NCBI GenBank assembly: GCA_964594495.1
Contig: CAZQLX010000002.1
Location: 1-34,735 of the forward strand
Direction of reading: 5' to 3'
Source of the DNA: Candidatus Woesearchaeota archaeon
Lineage (GTDB): Archaea; Nanobdellota; Nanobdellia; Pacearchaeales; GW2011-AR1
DNA: 34,735 nt
Part shown: one piece after another, positions 1 to 8,595 of the stretch
Position numbering within the stretch: position 1 is the stretch's first letter
Layout of the letters: every line of letters starts with the position of its first letter
Notes under the pieces: generated by a model
The model's input: the letters and a program-made list of their open reading frames with translations, nothing else
Told to the model about the DNA's origin: nothing
Database searches by the model: none
Translations under genes and position numbers: made by a program

Positions 1-1072
1 GAGTCGGATGAACTGATGCAAATGTAAAGTTTGTAATCGATATTACAGTTAAGGCGTTTGCTAAACCTGCAATAAGCTGAACGAAAATTAGATAAATTGG
101 AGATCCGGATGCAAGCCAGAGAAGAGGGTTTATTGCAAAGAGAATACTTCCGAAGTAAAGAAGTTTTATATTGCTGTACTTATCCGAGAGTTTTCCTGCG
201 AGAGGGAGAAAGAGGAGATAGAAAATTGAACTACTAAGACCTATTCCTATGATCATAGGATTGCTAAAACCTAAGTAACTTTGATCTTGCATATAAACAA
301 TAAAGAAAGGTGAAGCAATCATTAATGCGAAATTGAAACACAAATGGTATATTCCAAACTTTTTGAAGTTTTTATTATGTTTTAAGAAATCTCTAATAGA
401 GAAGTCATAATGTTTGTTTAGATTAAATCTTGAAGGAGCATATTGTTTATGGAATAAAGAGAAAGAGACAAATCTAAAAATTGCCGCAATGGCAAATAGA
501 ATTCCAAATCCAATTAATGCTGCCCCTTTGTTTTCGAAATTTGTTAGAATAAGTAGTCCAATTAAAGTTGCGGAAATTTCCACAATACCCGTTATAAGAT
601 TTCTTTTTGAGAAATATCTTCCTCTTATTTTATCCGGAACAAGATCTCCCATCCAGGAAAACCAGGCAGGATGCGCAAGGCCACCAAATATTGTAAGCAG
701 TGCGTATAAACCAATTAGAAGACCTAAGGCCGAAGTTGAGAGAAAGTTATACCAATAAAGAAAACCAATGGCTGCAATTGGAAGCCAAGTAAGTGCTTGG
801 AAGAAAACGAGTGTTAGAACAATTTTTTTTCTATGATACTTTCCAATAAGTTTGGATCCAAAAAATTGCGCGATGGGAGAAAGAAGACCTGCAAAAGCAT
901 TTAGAAGGCCGATATGAAAAGAATCCGCTCTTAATGCAAGCGCATAAAGAGAGAGATAATTTGCAGAAATTCCGTTTGAGAAAGAGGCAGCGGAACCTTC
1001 TTCAACACTTACTTTAAGTCCTTGTTGCTTCAGTTGCGACTCTGTTAATCGCTGCTTTACCTCTTTTTGCAT
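1..1072 (-). CDS. MFS-type transporter; C-terminal part lies beyond the window edge
   Basis: The minus-strand frame is open from ATG (1072-1070) to position 1, so it is absent from the supplied track. My translation starts MQKEVKQRLTESQLKQQGLKVSVEEGSAASFSNGISANYLSLYALAL. It has many hydrophobic spans and MFS motif-A-like loops (GSKLIGKYHRKKIVL and AGKLSDKYSNIKLL). Track ORF 414..758(+) is antisense to it. Confidence 0.7.
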   Translation of the reverse strand, partial: MQKEVKQRLTESQLKQQGLKVSVEEGSAASFSNGISANYLSLYALALRADSFHIGLLNAFAGLLSPIAQFFGSKLIGKYHRKKIVLTLVFFQALTWLPIAAIGFLYWYNFLSTSALGLLIGLYALLTIFGGLAHPAWFSWMGDLVPDKIRGRYFSKRNLITGIVEISATLIGLLILTNFENKGAALIGFGILFAIAAIFRFVSFSLFHKQYAPSRFNLNKHYDFSIRDFLKHNKNFKKFGIYHLCFNFALMIASPFFIVYMQDQSYLGFSNPMIIGIGLSSSIFYLLFLPLAGKLSDKYSNIKLLYFGSILFAINPLLWLASGSPIYLIFVQLIAGLANALTVISITNFTFASVHPT

Positions 1073-1108
1073 TCTTAACAGGAGAAAAGATAATTAATAA
1101 AGGTTACT

Positions 1109-1486
1109 TTAAGCATCACTCCAATCTTCATCCAATAATTTTTCTAACATTTCTCTTTCTTCTTTAACTGCTTTACCTAGTTGTTTTGGAGAAGTGTGTT
1201 TGAAAACTAAATTTCTTTCTTCCAAAGCACTTTGAAGCCTGTTAGCGATGTCTGCAAGAGATATTCTGTAAAAATCATTTAAATGTATTGTTCCTCCCTC
1301 AATATCTGCTTGTTCTTTTTCTGGGATTAATTGATAAATTTTATTCCATCGGTCTTCAATCATCCATTTTTTTGTAGTTTTATCTGTATAAGCATACCAT
1401 ACATCATATTCTAATGGGAAAACTTGTTTGAATACATAGAAGCCTTCTCTCACAGGCAAATTTTCTTTATCTTTGAGATTGCTCAT
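1109..1486 (-). CDS. hypothetical protein (125 aa)
   Basis: Clean ATG ORF in the same direction as the MFS gene. No motif I recognise. Confidence 0.55.
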   Translation of the reverse strand: MSNLKDKENLPVREGFYVFKQVFPLEYDVWYAYTDKTTKKWMIEDRWNKIYQLIPEKEQADIEGGTIHLNDFYRISLADIANRLQSALEERNLVFKHTSPKQLGKAVKEEREMLEKLLDEDWSDA

Positions 1487-1606
1487 TATATTTTACTTTA
1501 AATTTTTGATTTATATATAATATTGTGATGTACTTTATCTTTTCTTTATTAGCTAAATGCTTTTAAATGTGTTATTTTTTGTTTATGTTTGTGTTAGTTT
1601 TTAAAA

Positions 1607-1861
1607 ATGAGTAAAAAAAGAATTTGGGTAAAAGAAAACGGAGAAGAATATAAAGAGGAAGAATTAATTCGAATGAGTTTTAAAGATTTTAAAAAAACGA
1701 TGGATAGAATTGAAGATGAAACCGCCTTTTCCTTTTTAGGAAAATTTAGAGAGGGGCATGATAAAGTTAAAAGTTCAATGAGTAAAGACAGTGTATTTTT
1801 ACACTACCTTTCTGGAATAAAGAAAGATTTAGAAGATTTTTATTTGGAGATGAAGAATTAA
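1607..1861 (+). CDS. hypothetical Lys/Glu-rich small protein (84 aa)
   Basis: ATG ORF divergent from 1109..1486. No motif I recognise. Confidence 0.45.
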   Translation: MSKKRIWVKENGEEYKEEELIRMSFKDFKKTMDRIEDETAFSFLGKFREGHDKVKSSMSKDSVFLHYLSGIKKDLEDFYLEMKN

Positions 1862-1900
1862 ATTTAAGGACAAAGCAGTAGTAACAAACTTGGTATTATC

Positions 1901-1908
1901 TTTAAATA
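1901..1908 (+). promoter_or_regulatory. TATA box (TTTAAATA) for 1930..2526
   Basis: Exact octamer 21 nt before the ATG, with no Shine-Dalgarno. This indicates a leaderless layout. Confidence 0.55.
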
Positions 1909-1929
1909 TACTTCTTGCGAAATATAGTA

Positions 1930-2526
1930 ATGAATTATAAGGCAAAAAAATCACTCGCTACCCTGTTATTAGTCGCTTCCACACAGTTATGGATGGGCAA
2001 TAGTTGTGAAAGTGATAGAGTAAGGAGAATGAATGAACAACAGCAGGCTGTGGAAATAGTTCATTCGGTTGAGAGGGAGAATATAAACAAAAGATTAAAG
2101 ATTGCTAATGATCCTAACCAAATTATGTGGATTTATGGTCTTAGTGATGCCGGTAATGTTCCTATATTTTATTCTCCTTTGGTTGGGAAAGTTACCTCTT
2201 CAACTAAAAGATTAGAGCCTTCTCACATTGCGGGACAAAATTCAACAATTGGATATGTAGCCGGTGAGCAATTTAGTACCGACGAAATAATGGGTGCTGA
2301 TGGAACATATGGATCATCAGATCCTTATGTTTATTGGTTTACACCAGAAGGACAATATCTTCAATGGAATGGAAAATATATTCTAAGTAGCATACCCTTA
2401 AAATTTGATAAACCTATTCTTAATGTAAGCGATATAGATTATGTTGAATTGCAAAAAGGGCAAAAAGCTAGAGAAGCTCTTAAGGCAAACAAGAAAGTAA
2501 ATAATAAGTTGGAAGCTGAAGAGTAG
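1930..2526 (+). CDS. secreted or lipoprotein-like hypothetical protein
   Basis: TTTAAATA at 1901-1908 lies 21 nt before ATG 1930; the track start at 1915 is TTG. The N-terminus MNYKAKKSLATLLLVASTQLWMGNSC looks like a signal peptide ending in Cys. Confidence 0.6.
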   Translation: MNYKAKKSLATLLLVASTQLWMGNSCESDRVRRMNEQQQAVEIVHSVERENINKRLKIANDPNQIMWIYGLSDAGNVPIFYSPLVGKVTSSTKRLEPSHIAGQNSTIGYVAGEQFSTDEIMGADGTYGSSDPYVYWFTPEGQYLQWNGKYILSSIPLKFDKPILNVSDIDYVELQKGQKAREALKANKKVNNKLEAEE

Positions 2527-2545
2527 AAAGATTAAATTTTCAACT

Positions 2546-2555
2546 TTCTTTTTTT
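2546..2555 (+). terminator. oligo-T terminator candidate after 1930..2526
   Basis: TTCTTTTTTT lies 20 nt after the stop codon. Archaeal termination typically uses T-runs. Confidence 0.35.
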
Positions 2556-2601
2556 CCACTTAACACCTTTGTTAAAAAGAGTGAGGAAAAGACAGCCAAT
2601 T

Positions 2602-2760
2602 ATGAAAGATTCTGCACTACCGAGAGCTCGTGCAACTAGGAAAGCCGTGTCGGCTGCGAAATTGCTGAATTGGATTAATATTTCTAGCATGTTATTTTTT
2701 AGTTATGTATTGTGTAAATTGTACAAAAGCCGCGCTTTTGTTATCAACTGCGATGAGTAG
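2602..2760 (+). CDS. possible 52-aa small protein, or a non-coding transcript
   Basis: A TATA-like GTTAAAAA (2571-2578) lies 23 nt before ATG 2602. The product would be MKDSALPRARATRKAVSAAKLLNWINISSMLFFSYVLCKLYKSRAFVINCDE. A hairpin plus T-run (2723-2745) lies inside its 3' end, which weakens the coding call. Confidence 0.25.
   Translation: MKDSALPRARATRKAVSAAKLLNWINISSMLFFSYVLCKLYKSRAFVINCDE
2723..2741. terminator. perfect 8-bp hairpin (ACAAAAGC-CGC-GCTTTTGT) flanked by T-runs on both strands
   Basis: It lies between convergent units, about 40 nt from the stop of 2784..3191. Confidence 0.35.
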
Positions 2761-2783
2761 ATAAAGCTTGTGAAAGATAACTA

Positions 2784-3191
2784 TTAGTTCAATGAGCTAT
2801 CTCCGGGAAAGCAGTCTTTAAAAATATCTAAACCTTTACTTACATATATTTTTTTGAGTAATCTCATTGCAGGACCGTAATATTTTTTGTTTCGGTAGGC
2901 TCTAACTGGTCCAACTTCTATCCATTCTTCGCGAGAAGGAGGATTATCTGCTATATACCCTAATGTTAGTAGAGTTTCTCTTGCAGTAATTATCATCCTT
3001 TTTTTATCAAGATTTGCTGATTGATATGCTGTTTCCATGACAGTTGCTAAACGATTAAGCGATTCGATATCTTTTTTTGTCGCTAGTTCTTCTACAAGAT
3101 GTGCCATTTGATTAATTTTAAACGGAATTGGAACCCTTCCTTTTACATTTTCAAAAAAATTAATGAATTGCTCTAGTGTTAATTTTTCCAT
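2784..3191 (-). CDS. hypothetical protein (135 aa)
   Basis: ATG ORF divergent from the Zn-ribbon/AbrB gene. No motif I recognise. Confidence 0.55.
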   Translation of the reverse strand: MEKLTLEQFINFFENVKGRVPIPFKINQMAHLVEELATKKDIESLNRLATVMETAYQSANLDKKRMIITARETLLTLGYIADNPPSREEWIEVGPVRAYRNKKYYGPAMRLLKKIYVSKGLDIFKDCFPGDSSLN

Positions 3192-3252
3192 AAGTTTTTT
3201 GTTTAAATCATTCTATAAAAAGATTTACATTTAAAGCGAAGTCAACGAAAGA

Positions 3253-3260
3253 TTTAAATA
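3253..3260 (+). promoter_or_regulatory. TATA box (TTTAAATA) for the Zn-ribbon/AbrB-cdc48 unit
   Basis: Exact octamer 18 nt before GTG 3279. Confidence 0.55.
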
Positions 3261-3265
3261 TAACC

Positions 3266-3288
3266 GTGTATACGATGTGTGTATACAC
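3266..3288. promoter_or_regulatory. operator-like repeat: GTGTATAC x2, the second inside the palindrome GTGTATACAC
   Basis: Copies lie at 3266-3273 and 3279-3286, with the perfect 10-nt palindrome at 3279-3288. The repeat sits directly downstream of the TATA box, over the expected transcription start. Confidence 0.4.
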
Positions 3289-3794
3289 AAAGGGAAACAC
3301 TACAAGGGATATATAATACAAACATGACAGACATATTTGATACGAAGATTTTATGCCAGAAATGTAATGTACAAATGGATAAAACACTCGTCGACAAAGA
3401 AGGATGTGAAGTGAGGGCAGTAAAATGTCCTAACTGCGGAGATAAGATTATACATCCAGCAGATATAAATAGTTTAGATCATTACAATACTTTGAAGGGT
3501 AAAACTTTTCATGTTAAGCTCAGAATGGTTGGAAATAGTCACGCTATAAGTATTCCTAAAGAAATTGTTGATTTTATGACTGAGCAACATAAGTCTGCGA
3601 GAAGAAGAATGGATGAAATGGTAAGGTTGTGTTTTGAAGATTTTAGGAGATTAAGTTTGAGTTTTGATGAGGATGATGATTTTGATGATAGGGAAGTAGA
3701 GAATTATGCTAACGATGATGAAATGGAAAGAAATAATATGCTTATGAGGAGAATTAAAATGAAAAAATTAAACAAAAGTGAGAGGGAATATTAA
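3279..3794 (+). CDS. Zn-ribbon plus SpoVT/AbrB-like domain protein with an acidic tail
   Basis: Contains CQKC-x21-CPNC, then the AbrB-type signature LRMVGNSHAISIPKEIVDF, then DEDDDFDDREVENYANDDE. The start is ambiguous: GTG 3279 lies 18 nt after TTTAAATA (3253-3260), and ATG 3324 gives MTDIFDTKILCQKC. The stop overlaps the cdc48 ATG (TAATG). Confidence 0.6.
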   Translation: MYTQRETLQGIYNTNMTDIFDTKILCQKCNVQMDKTLVDKEGCEVRAVKCPNCGDKIIHPADINSLDHYNTLKGKTFHVKLRMVGNSHAISIPKEIVDFMTEQHKSARRRMDEMVRLCFEDFRRLSLSFDEDDDFDDREVENYANDDEMERNNMLMRRIKMKKLNKSEREY

Positions 3795-6085
3795 TGAAAA
3801 AAGAAGAATTTAAAGGAGTAAGGTTAAGGGTAGTTGAGGCTTTACAGGATGACGCGTATAAAGGGGTTGCTAGAATTGATCCTCAAATAATGAAGTCTTT
3901 GGGATTAAGCAGGGGAGATGTTATAGTTATTAAAGGAGGAAGAGAAACAGTTGCTATTGTTGATAGAGCTTACCCTGCAGATGTAGGGGAGGGAATAATC
4001 AGAATTGATGGACTGATAAGAAGAAATGCTAAAACGGGAGTTGGTGAATTGGTAATCGTTACAAAAGCAAATGTCAGAGTAGCGCAAAAAGTTTCTATTG
4101 CACCTGCACAGCAAGGAATCATGGTACAAGGGGATCCGGAAATGTTTAAGACCGGATTATTGGGAAGAGCGATAATGAAAGGAGATATTATTTCTTTGGG
4201 AGGAGTTCAGAGAAGAAAAGATATAATGTCGGAAGGATTTCCAGATATTTTTTCGGATTTAAATGATTTATTCGGAGCTAATTTTGGATTTTCTGGATTT
4301 CAACAAATTAAATTTGTTGTTGTAGGAACGAGTCCGGCGCAACCGTGTATAATTACTGAAGATACCGAGGTAATTTTGAATTCTAAGTCTGTGGATGTTT
4401 CAGATGAGGCAGTCCCTGAAGTTACTTATGAAGATATAGGGGGATTAAAAGAAGAAGTTAAGAAGATAAGAGAAATGGTTGAACTTCCATTGAAACATCC
4501 TGAAATTTTCGATAGATTAGGAATTGAACCGCCAAAAGGAGTTTTGTTACATGGATCTCCTGGAACTGGAAAGACATTGCTGGCAAAAGCAGTAGCAAAT
4601 GAATCTGAAGCAAATTTTATTTTACTTAATGGGCCGGAAATTATGAGTAAATTTTACGGAGAAAGTGAAAAGAGAATAAGGGATATATTTGAAGATGCGG
4701 ATAAAAATGCACCTTCGATTATATTTATTGATGAAATAGACGCAATTGCTCCAAAAAGAGAAGATGTTCAGGGAGAGGTGGAAAGAAGAGTTGTGTCACA
4801 ACTTTTGACAATGATGGATGGATTGAAGAGCAGAGGAAGAGTTGTTGTAATTGGAGCAACAAACAGAGTGAATTCGATTGATCCGGCGTTGAGACGCCCG
4901 GGAAGATTTGATAGGGAGATTGAGATATCTGTTCCCGATAAAGAGGCGAGATTAAATATTCTTAAAATTCATACGAGAAACATGCCTTTAAGTAAAGATG
5001 TTAATTTAGAAGTTTTAGCTGGAAAGACACATGGATTTGTTGGAGCAGATTTAAATGCATTAGCTAAAGAAGCCGCGATGAATGTTTTGAGAAAATTACT
5101 TCCGGAGTTTAAATTAGAAGAAGAGTCTGCAGTTCCTCAGGAAGTATTGGAAAAAATAATAATTAAAGCTGAAGATTTTGAAGAATCACTTAAGGTTGTT
5201 AGACCTTCAGCAATGAGAGAGGTTTTAGTTGAGACACCAAATATTAGTTGGGAGGATGTTGGAGGATTAGATAAAACAAAGAAGGAACTTAGAGAAGCAG
5301 TTGAATGGCCAATAAAATATCCTGATAGCTTTAAACGTCTTGGTATTAGAGCTCCAAGAGGAATATTACTTTATGGGCCTCCGGGAACCGGAAAGACGTT
5401 AATGGCAAAAGCAGTTGCTAAGGAATCTGAAGCGAATTTTATTCAGGTTAAGGGACCATCATTATTGAGCATGTGGGTTGGCGAGTCTGAAAAGGGAGTC
5501 AGGAAGATTTTTGAGAGAGCAAGACAGGTTGCCCCATGTGTTGTATTCTTTGATGAAATAGATGCACTCGCAGGCAGAAGAGGAGTAGAAACTGGAACAA
5601 AGGTAACGGAGAGAGTTTTGAATCAATTGCTTGCCGAAGTTGATGGATTAGAAGATTTGAAAGATGTTACTATAATTGGAGCAACAAACAGACCGGATAT
5701 GCTAGATCCTGCTTTGTTAAGACCAGGAAGATTTGATAGGGTGATACTCATTGATGTACCGGATGCAAAAGGCAGGGAGGAAATATTTAAGGTACATACA
5801 AAGAAAGTTCCGCTGAATAAAGATGTAAGCATAGAAGAACTTGTTAAATTAACGGACGGATTTGTTGGAGCAGACATAGAGGGATTAGTTAGAGAGGCAG
5901 CAATGACTGCTTTGAGAAGAGATATTACTGTAAAGGTTGTCTCAAAGAAAGACTTTGATGAAGCTTTGAAGAGAGTTAAACCGTCCGTAAGTTCGGAAAC
6001 AGCAAAGAGATATAAGAAGATAGAAGAATATTACTTGAAGAGTGCTAAAGCTGGATTAGAAATGGGTCCGGTCTACGCCGGGTAA
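3794..6085 (+). CDS. cdc48: Cdc48/VAT/p97-type double AAA+ ATPase
   Basis: 763 aa. It has an N-domain ([40 protein letters not shown]) and two AAA modules: [18 protein letters not shown] and [18 protein letters not shown]. Confidence 0.95.
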   Translation: MKKEEFKGVRLRVVEALQDDAYKGVARIDPQIMKSLGLSRGDVIVIKGGRETVAIVDRAYPADVGEGIIRIDGLIRRNAKTGVGELVIVTKANVRVAQKVSIAPAQQGIMVQGDPEMFKTGLLGRAIMKGDIISLGGVQRRKDIMSEGFPDIFSDLNDLFGANFGFSGFQQIKFVVVGTSPAQPCIITEDTEVILNSKSVDVSDEAVPEVTYEDIGGLKEEVKKIREMVELPLKHPEIFDRLGIEPPKGVLLHGSPGTGKTLLAKAVANESEANFILLNGPEIMSKFYGESEKRIRDIFEDADKNAPSIIFIDEIDAIAPKREDVQGEVERRVVSQLLTMMDGLKSRGRVVVIGATNRVNSIDPALRRPGRFDREIEISVPDKEARLNILKIHTRNMPLSKDVNLEVLAGKTHGFVGADLNALAKEAAMNVLRKLLPEFKLEEESAVPQEVLEKIIIKAEDFEESLKVVRPSAMREVLVETPNISWEDVGGLDKTKKELREAVEWPIKYPDSFKRLGIRAPRGILLYGPPGTGKTLMAKAVAKESEANFIQVKGPSLLSMWVGESEKGVRKIFERARQVAPCVVFFDEIDALAGRRGVETGTKVTERVLNQLLAEVDGLEDLKDVTIIGATNRPDMLDPALLRPGRFDRVILIDVPDAKGREEIFKVHTKKVPLNKDVSIEELVKLTDGFVGADIEGLVREAAMTALRRDITVKVVSKKDFDEALKRVKPSVSSETAKRYKKIEEYYLKSAKAGLEMGPVYAG

Positions 6086-6100
6086 GACCAACGGTCTTAC
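6082..6100 (+). terminator. 8-bp hairpin (GTAAGACC-AAC-GGTCTTAC) overlapping the cdc48 stop codon
   Basis: A perfect inverted repeat is visible. No strong T-run follows it. Confidence 0.25.
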
Positions 6101-6255
6101 GAACCCTATAACAAGATGTACAAGTACAACTTATTTAAGATCTTTAGATTCCTATACTAAATAGTACACTAATACCACGATTAAGGATTAACTTCCCAAC
6201 TTTTTCCTTATTTATTAAAAGAAAATTATTTAAGATGAGATCTACTTTGAATTAT

Positions 6256-6786
6256 ATGAAAGCATATTTTGTAAGACATGGACAAACAAATTACAATATA
6301 TTAAATTTGTGCAATGACAATCCTAAAAAAGATGTGCATCTTACAGAATTAGGCAAAAAACAAGCTGAAAAAATAAGAGACCTGATAAAAAACGTCAAAT
6401 TAGATTTGGTAATTATCTCTGAATTGCCAAGAGCGAAAGAAACCGCATTAATTATTACAGAAAACCATAATGTAAAATTTAAAATAGAACCAAGAATAAA
6501 CGATAGAAAAACAGGTTTTGACAGTAAGCCGGTTTCAGAATTTTTTAAAGCATTAGAATCAGACATTTTCAATTTAAAATTTAACGATGGAGAATCTTTT
6601 CAAGAAGAAAAAATAAGGATTCATTCTTTTCTAGATGAATTAAAGATATATAACTATGAAAATATTCTTGTTGTCTCGCATAATGAGGTTATGCAAGTTA
6701 TTAATGGCTATTTTAATAATTTAACAGACGAAGAAATTTGGAAAACAAAAATAGATAATTGCCACATTTTTGAAGTTGAAATTTGA
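6256..6786 (+). CDS. histidine phosphatase (phosphoglycerate-mutase-like) family protein
   Basis: Carries the RHG motif (MKAYFVRHGQTNYN). The TATA-like TTATTTAAG (6226-6234) lies 21 nt before ATG 6256. The track start at 6235 is the alternative. Confidence 0.75.
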   Translation: MKAYFVRHGQTNYNILNLCNDNPKKDVHLTELGKKQAEKIRDLIKNVKLDLVIISELPRAKETALIITENHNVKFKIEPRINDRKTGFDSKPVSEFFKALESDIFNLKFNDGESFQEEKIRIHSFLDELKIYNYENILVVSHNEVMQVINGYFNNLTDEEIWKTKIDNCHIFEVEI

Positions 6787-6847
6787 TAAAATTCTCTACG
6801 TCAATCAACTGAGAGTTAAAACTTGAGTAACACGCCACCACGATTTC

Positions 6848-7864
6848 TTAAGCAGTTGTAATTATTTTTTCTTTTTTTGTTAGAATAATTGTATGTTCGG
6901 CTTGTGCGACTTTACCGTTGTTTTTTTCAATTAACTGAGCGTAGTGATGTAACAATCCGGCTTGTTCAATTTGTCTTAAAGCTAACAATCCACGAGTGCC
7001 GAATTTTTTGTGAATCCATCTGGAACAGAAAGGCAAGGTAGAATATTCCTCAGCAATATATGCTAGGACTTCTCTGGCAAAGGAATCTCTTACATTTCCT
7101 TGTTTCTCTAGATGATAAATACCTGATTTTTTCCCATCTCTAACTGCTCCGAAGCCATTTGTGGCAAAAGGTTCAATTGCATAAACTCCTTCTTCGAAAG
7201 TTTTTGTTGTTGAATTATTGAAATTAGGGACAACGATTCCGGCGTGTAGATTGTATTTTTCAATTGAATGTCCGGACAGATTTTGTATTGGTTGAAAACC
7301 AGAAGACTTTATTGTTTTTTCTATTATCTCTCCAACTGCTGAAAGATTTTCCCCGAGATTTGCTATAGAAACTGCTTTGCTTAGTGCTTCTTCAGCAGCT
7401 TTTATAAGTTTTTTATTTTCTTCTGAGTTTTCCAAATCAACTGAAAAAGATGTGTCGGCTGCACAACCTTCAATGTGGACTCCTATATCTACTTTTAATA
7501 AACCTGACGCAATAGAAGTGTCGTTCCATTCTGGAGTAGAGTGTGCAGCAATTTCATTTATCGAGAGATTTACAGGAAAAGCGGGTTTTCCGCCTAAAGA
7601 AACAATTTTTGATTCAATATTATTAGCTATCTCGAGTAACGACATATTAGATTTAACGAGACTTTTTGCATATTCAACTGTCTGTTTCAATATTTTCCCA
7701 GCTTTAATGTAATTATCGTACTCTGATAAAGAATTATTATCTGGTTTTGATTTTTGAGATTGCGACTTAGAGGTTTTTGATGTTGTAGCATCATTAGAGG
7801 AAGAGTGAGATACTTTTCCTTTCGTTCTATGTCCTGTTATTCCGCCATAATGTTTTTCTGTCAT
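6848..7864 (-). CDS. map: type-2 (archaeal/eukaryotic) methionine aminopeptidase with a ~50-aa Ser/Lys-rich N-terminal extension
   Basis: Motifs present: GGKPAFPVNLSINEIAAHSTP, VDIGVHIEGCAADTSFS, SGHSIEKYNLHAG, YAIEPFATNG, AQAEHTII. Confidence 0.9.
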   Translation of the reverse strand: MTEKHYGGITGHRTKGKVSHSSSNDATTSKTSKSQSQKSKPDNNSLSEYDNYIKAGKILKQTVEYAKSLVKSNMSLLEIANNIESKIVSLGGKPAFPVNLSINEIAAHSTPEWNDTSIASGLLKVDIGVHIEGCAADTSFSVDLENSEENKKLIKAAEEALSKAVSIANLGENLSAVGEIIEKTIKSSGFQPIQNLSGHSIEKYNLHAGIVVPNFNNSTTKTFEEGVYAIEPFATNGFGAVRDGKKSGIYHLEKQGNVRDSFAREVLAYIAEEYSTLPFCSRWIHKKFGTRGLLALRQIEQAGLLHHYAQLIEKNNGKVAQAEHTIILTKKEKIITTA

Positions 7865-7903
7865 GACAGAAAATGGATTGAGGGGTTTAAGAAGATTTGG
7901 TTT

Positions 7904-8548
7904 CTATTTTCTTAATAGTTTGAATGCGTGAGACCAGTAGTTGTTTTTAATCCCGTAAGTTACCCAGAGGATTGTAAGAGATTCAAGAAGAGAGGATTGA
8001 CGAATATCTCCTATATCGATAATATCTTTCCATCCAAACTTTCTAGCGATTTCAGTAACTTTTTCTTTGGCTGCTGAGTCGTTTCCGCACATTAAGAAAG
8101 TTGGGCTTCCTTCTTGCAAAATGGGATTTACCATTAAGTTTGCGGGAACTGTATTAAATGCTTTTACAATTTTCGCATTTGGAATTGCATTTTGTATTGC
8201 CGATCCAAGGGAGTTTGGGTATATGTAGGGTGGCGCAATTACAGGAGTATCGCCTTGTGAGAAATCGAGAGGATTTGTAACATCAATTATTACTTTATTT
8301 TTAAAATTGTCTTTTCCGGCCAAATCCAGAACATTTAATGTGAAAATTCCTTGGGTGCAAAGAAATATTAACTCTCCAAAGTTAGCGGTTTTTTCGAAAG
8401 AGCCCGTTTTTACTTTAGGATTTTTTCTTGTGAATTCTTCTAATTTTTTTACATCTCTTGTTCCAAGCATTACATCGTGATTGTTTTTTATTAATTCTGA
8501 AGAAAGTGCTTGTGCAACATTACCTGACCCGAGAATTCCAATTTTCAT
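7904..8548 (-). CDS. NADP-dependent oxidoreductase, F420_oxidored/NpdG-like Rossmann family
   Basis: The N-terminus MKIGILGSGNVAQALSSELIKNNHDVMLGTRD and the ~214 aa length are typical of this family. Confidence 0.6.
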   Translation of the reverse strand: MKIGILGSGNVAQALSSELIKNNHDVMLGTRDVKKLEEFTRKNPKVKTGSFEKTANFGELIFLCTQGIFTLNVLDLAGKDNFKNKVIIDVTNPLDFSQGDTPVIAPPYIYPNSLGSAIQNAIPNAKIVKAFNTVPANLMVNPILQEGSPTFLMCGNDSAAKEKVTEIARKFGWKDIIDIGDIRQSSLLESLTILWVTYGIKNNYWSHAFKLLRK

Positions 8549-8595
8549 GTTTATATATCGGAGATACGATATATAAACTTTGTGAATGTATGTTT

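Noticed and set aside
414-758. Track ORF of 114 aa on the plus strand
   Set aside because: It lies entirely antisense to the much longer MFS transporter frame (1..1072, minus strand). Its sequence is the low-complexity mirror of a membrane protein.
3905-5877. Track ORFs 3905..4129(-) and 5623..5877(-) inside cdc48
   Set aside because: They are antisense shadows of a strongly supported 763-aa AAA+ gene. The same reasoning applies to 6291..6572, 7377..7712, 8458..8664, 9506..9727, 12142..12396, 12444..12632, 12736..12945, 13561..13749, 13799..13996, 16235..16477, 16985..17248, 18438..18692, 19592..19795, 21080..21310, 21718..21918, 22734..22919, 25604..25804, 26407..26736, 27327..27554, 28302..28538, 30443..30670, 31523..31747, 31829..32287, 32624..32866 and 33032..33235.
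6070-6085. Cdc48 C-terminus (GPVYAG) as a proteasome-docking HbYX motif
   Set aside because: The Tyr is at position -3, not penultimate, so it does not fit HbYX as defined. It cannot be judged without the proteasome genes.
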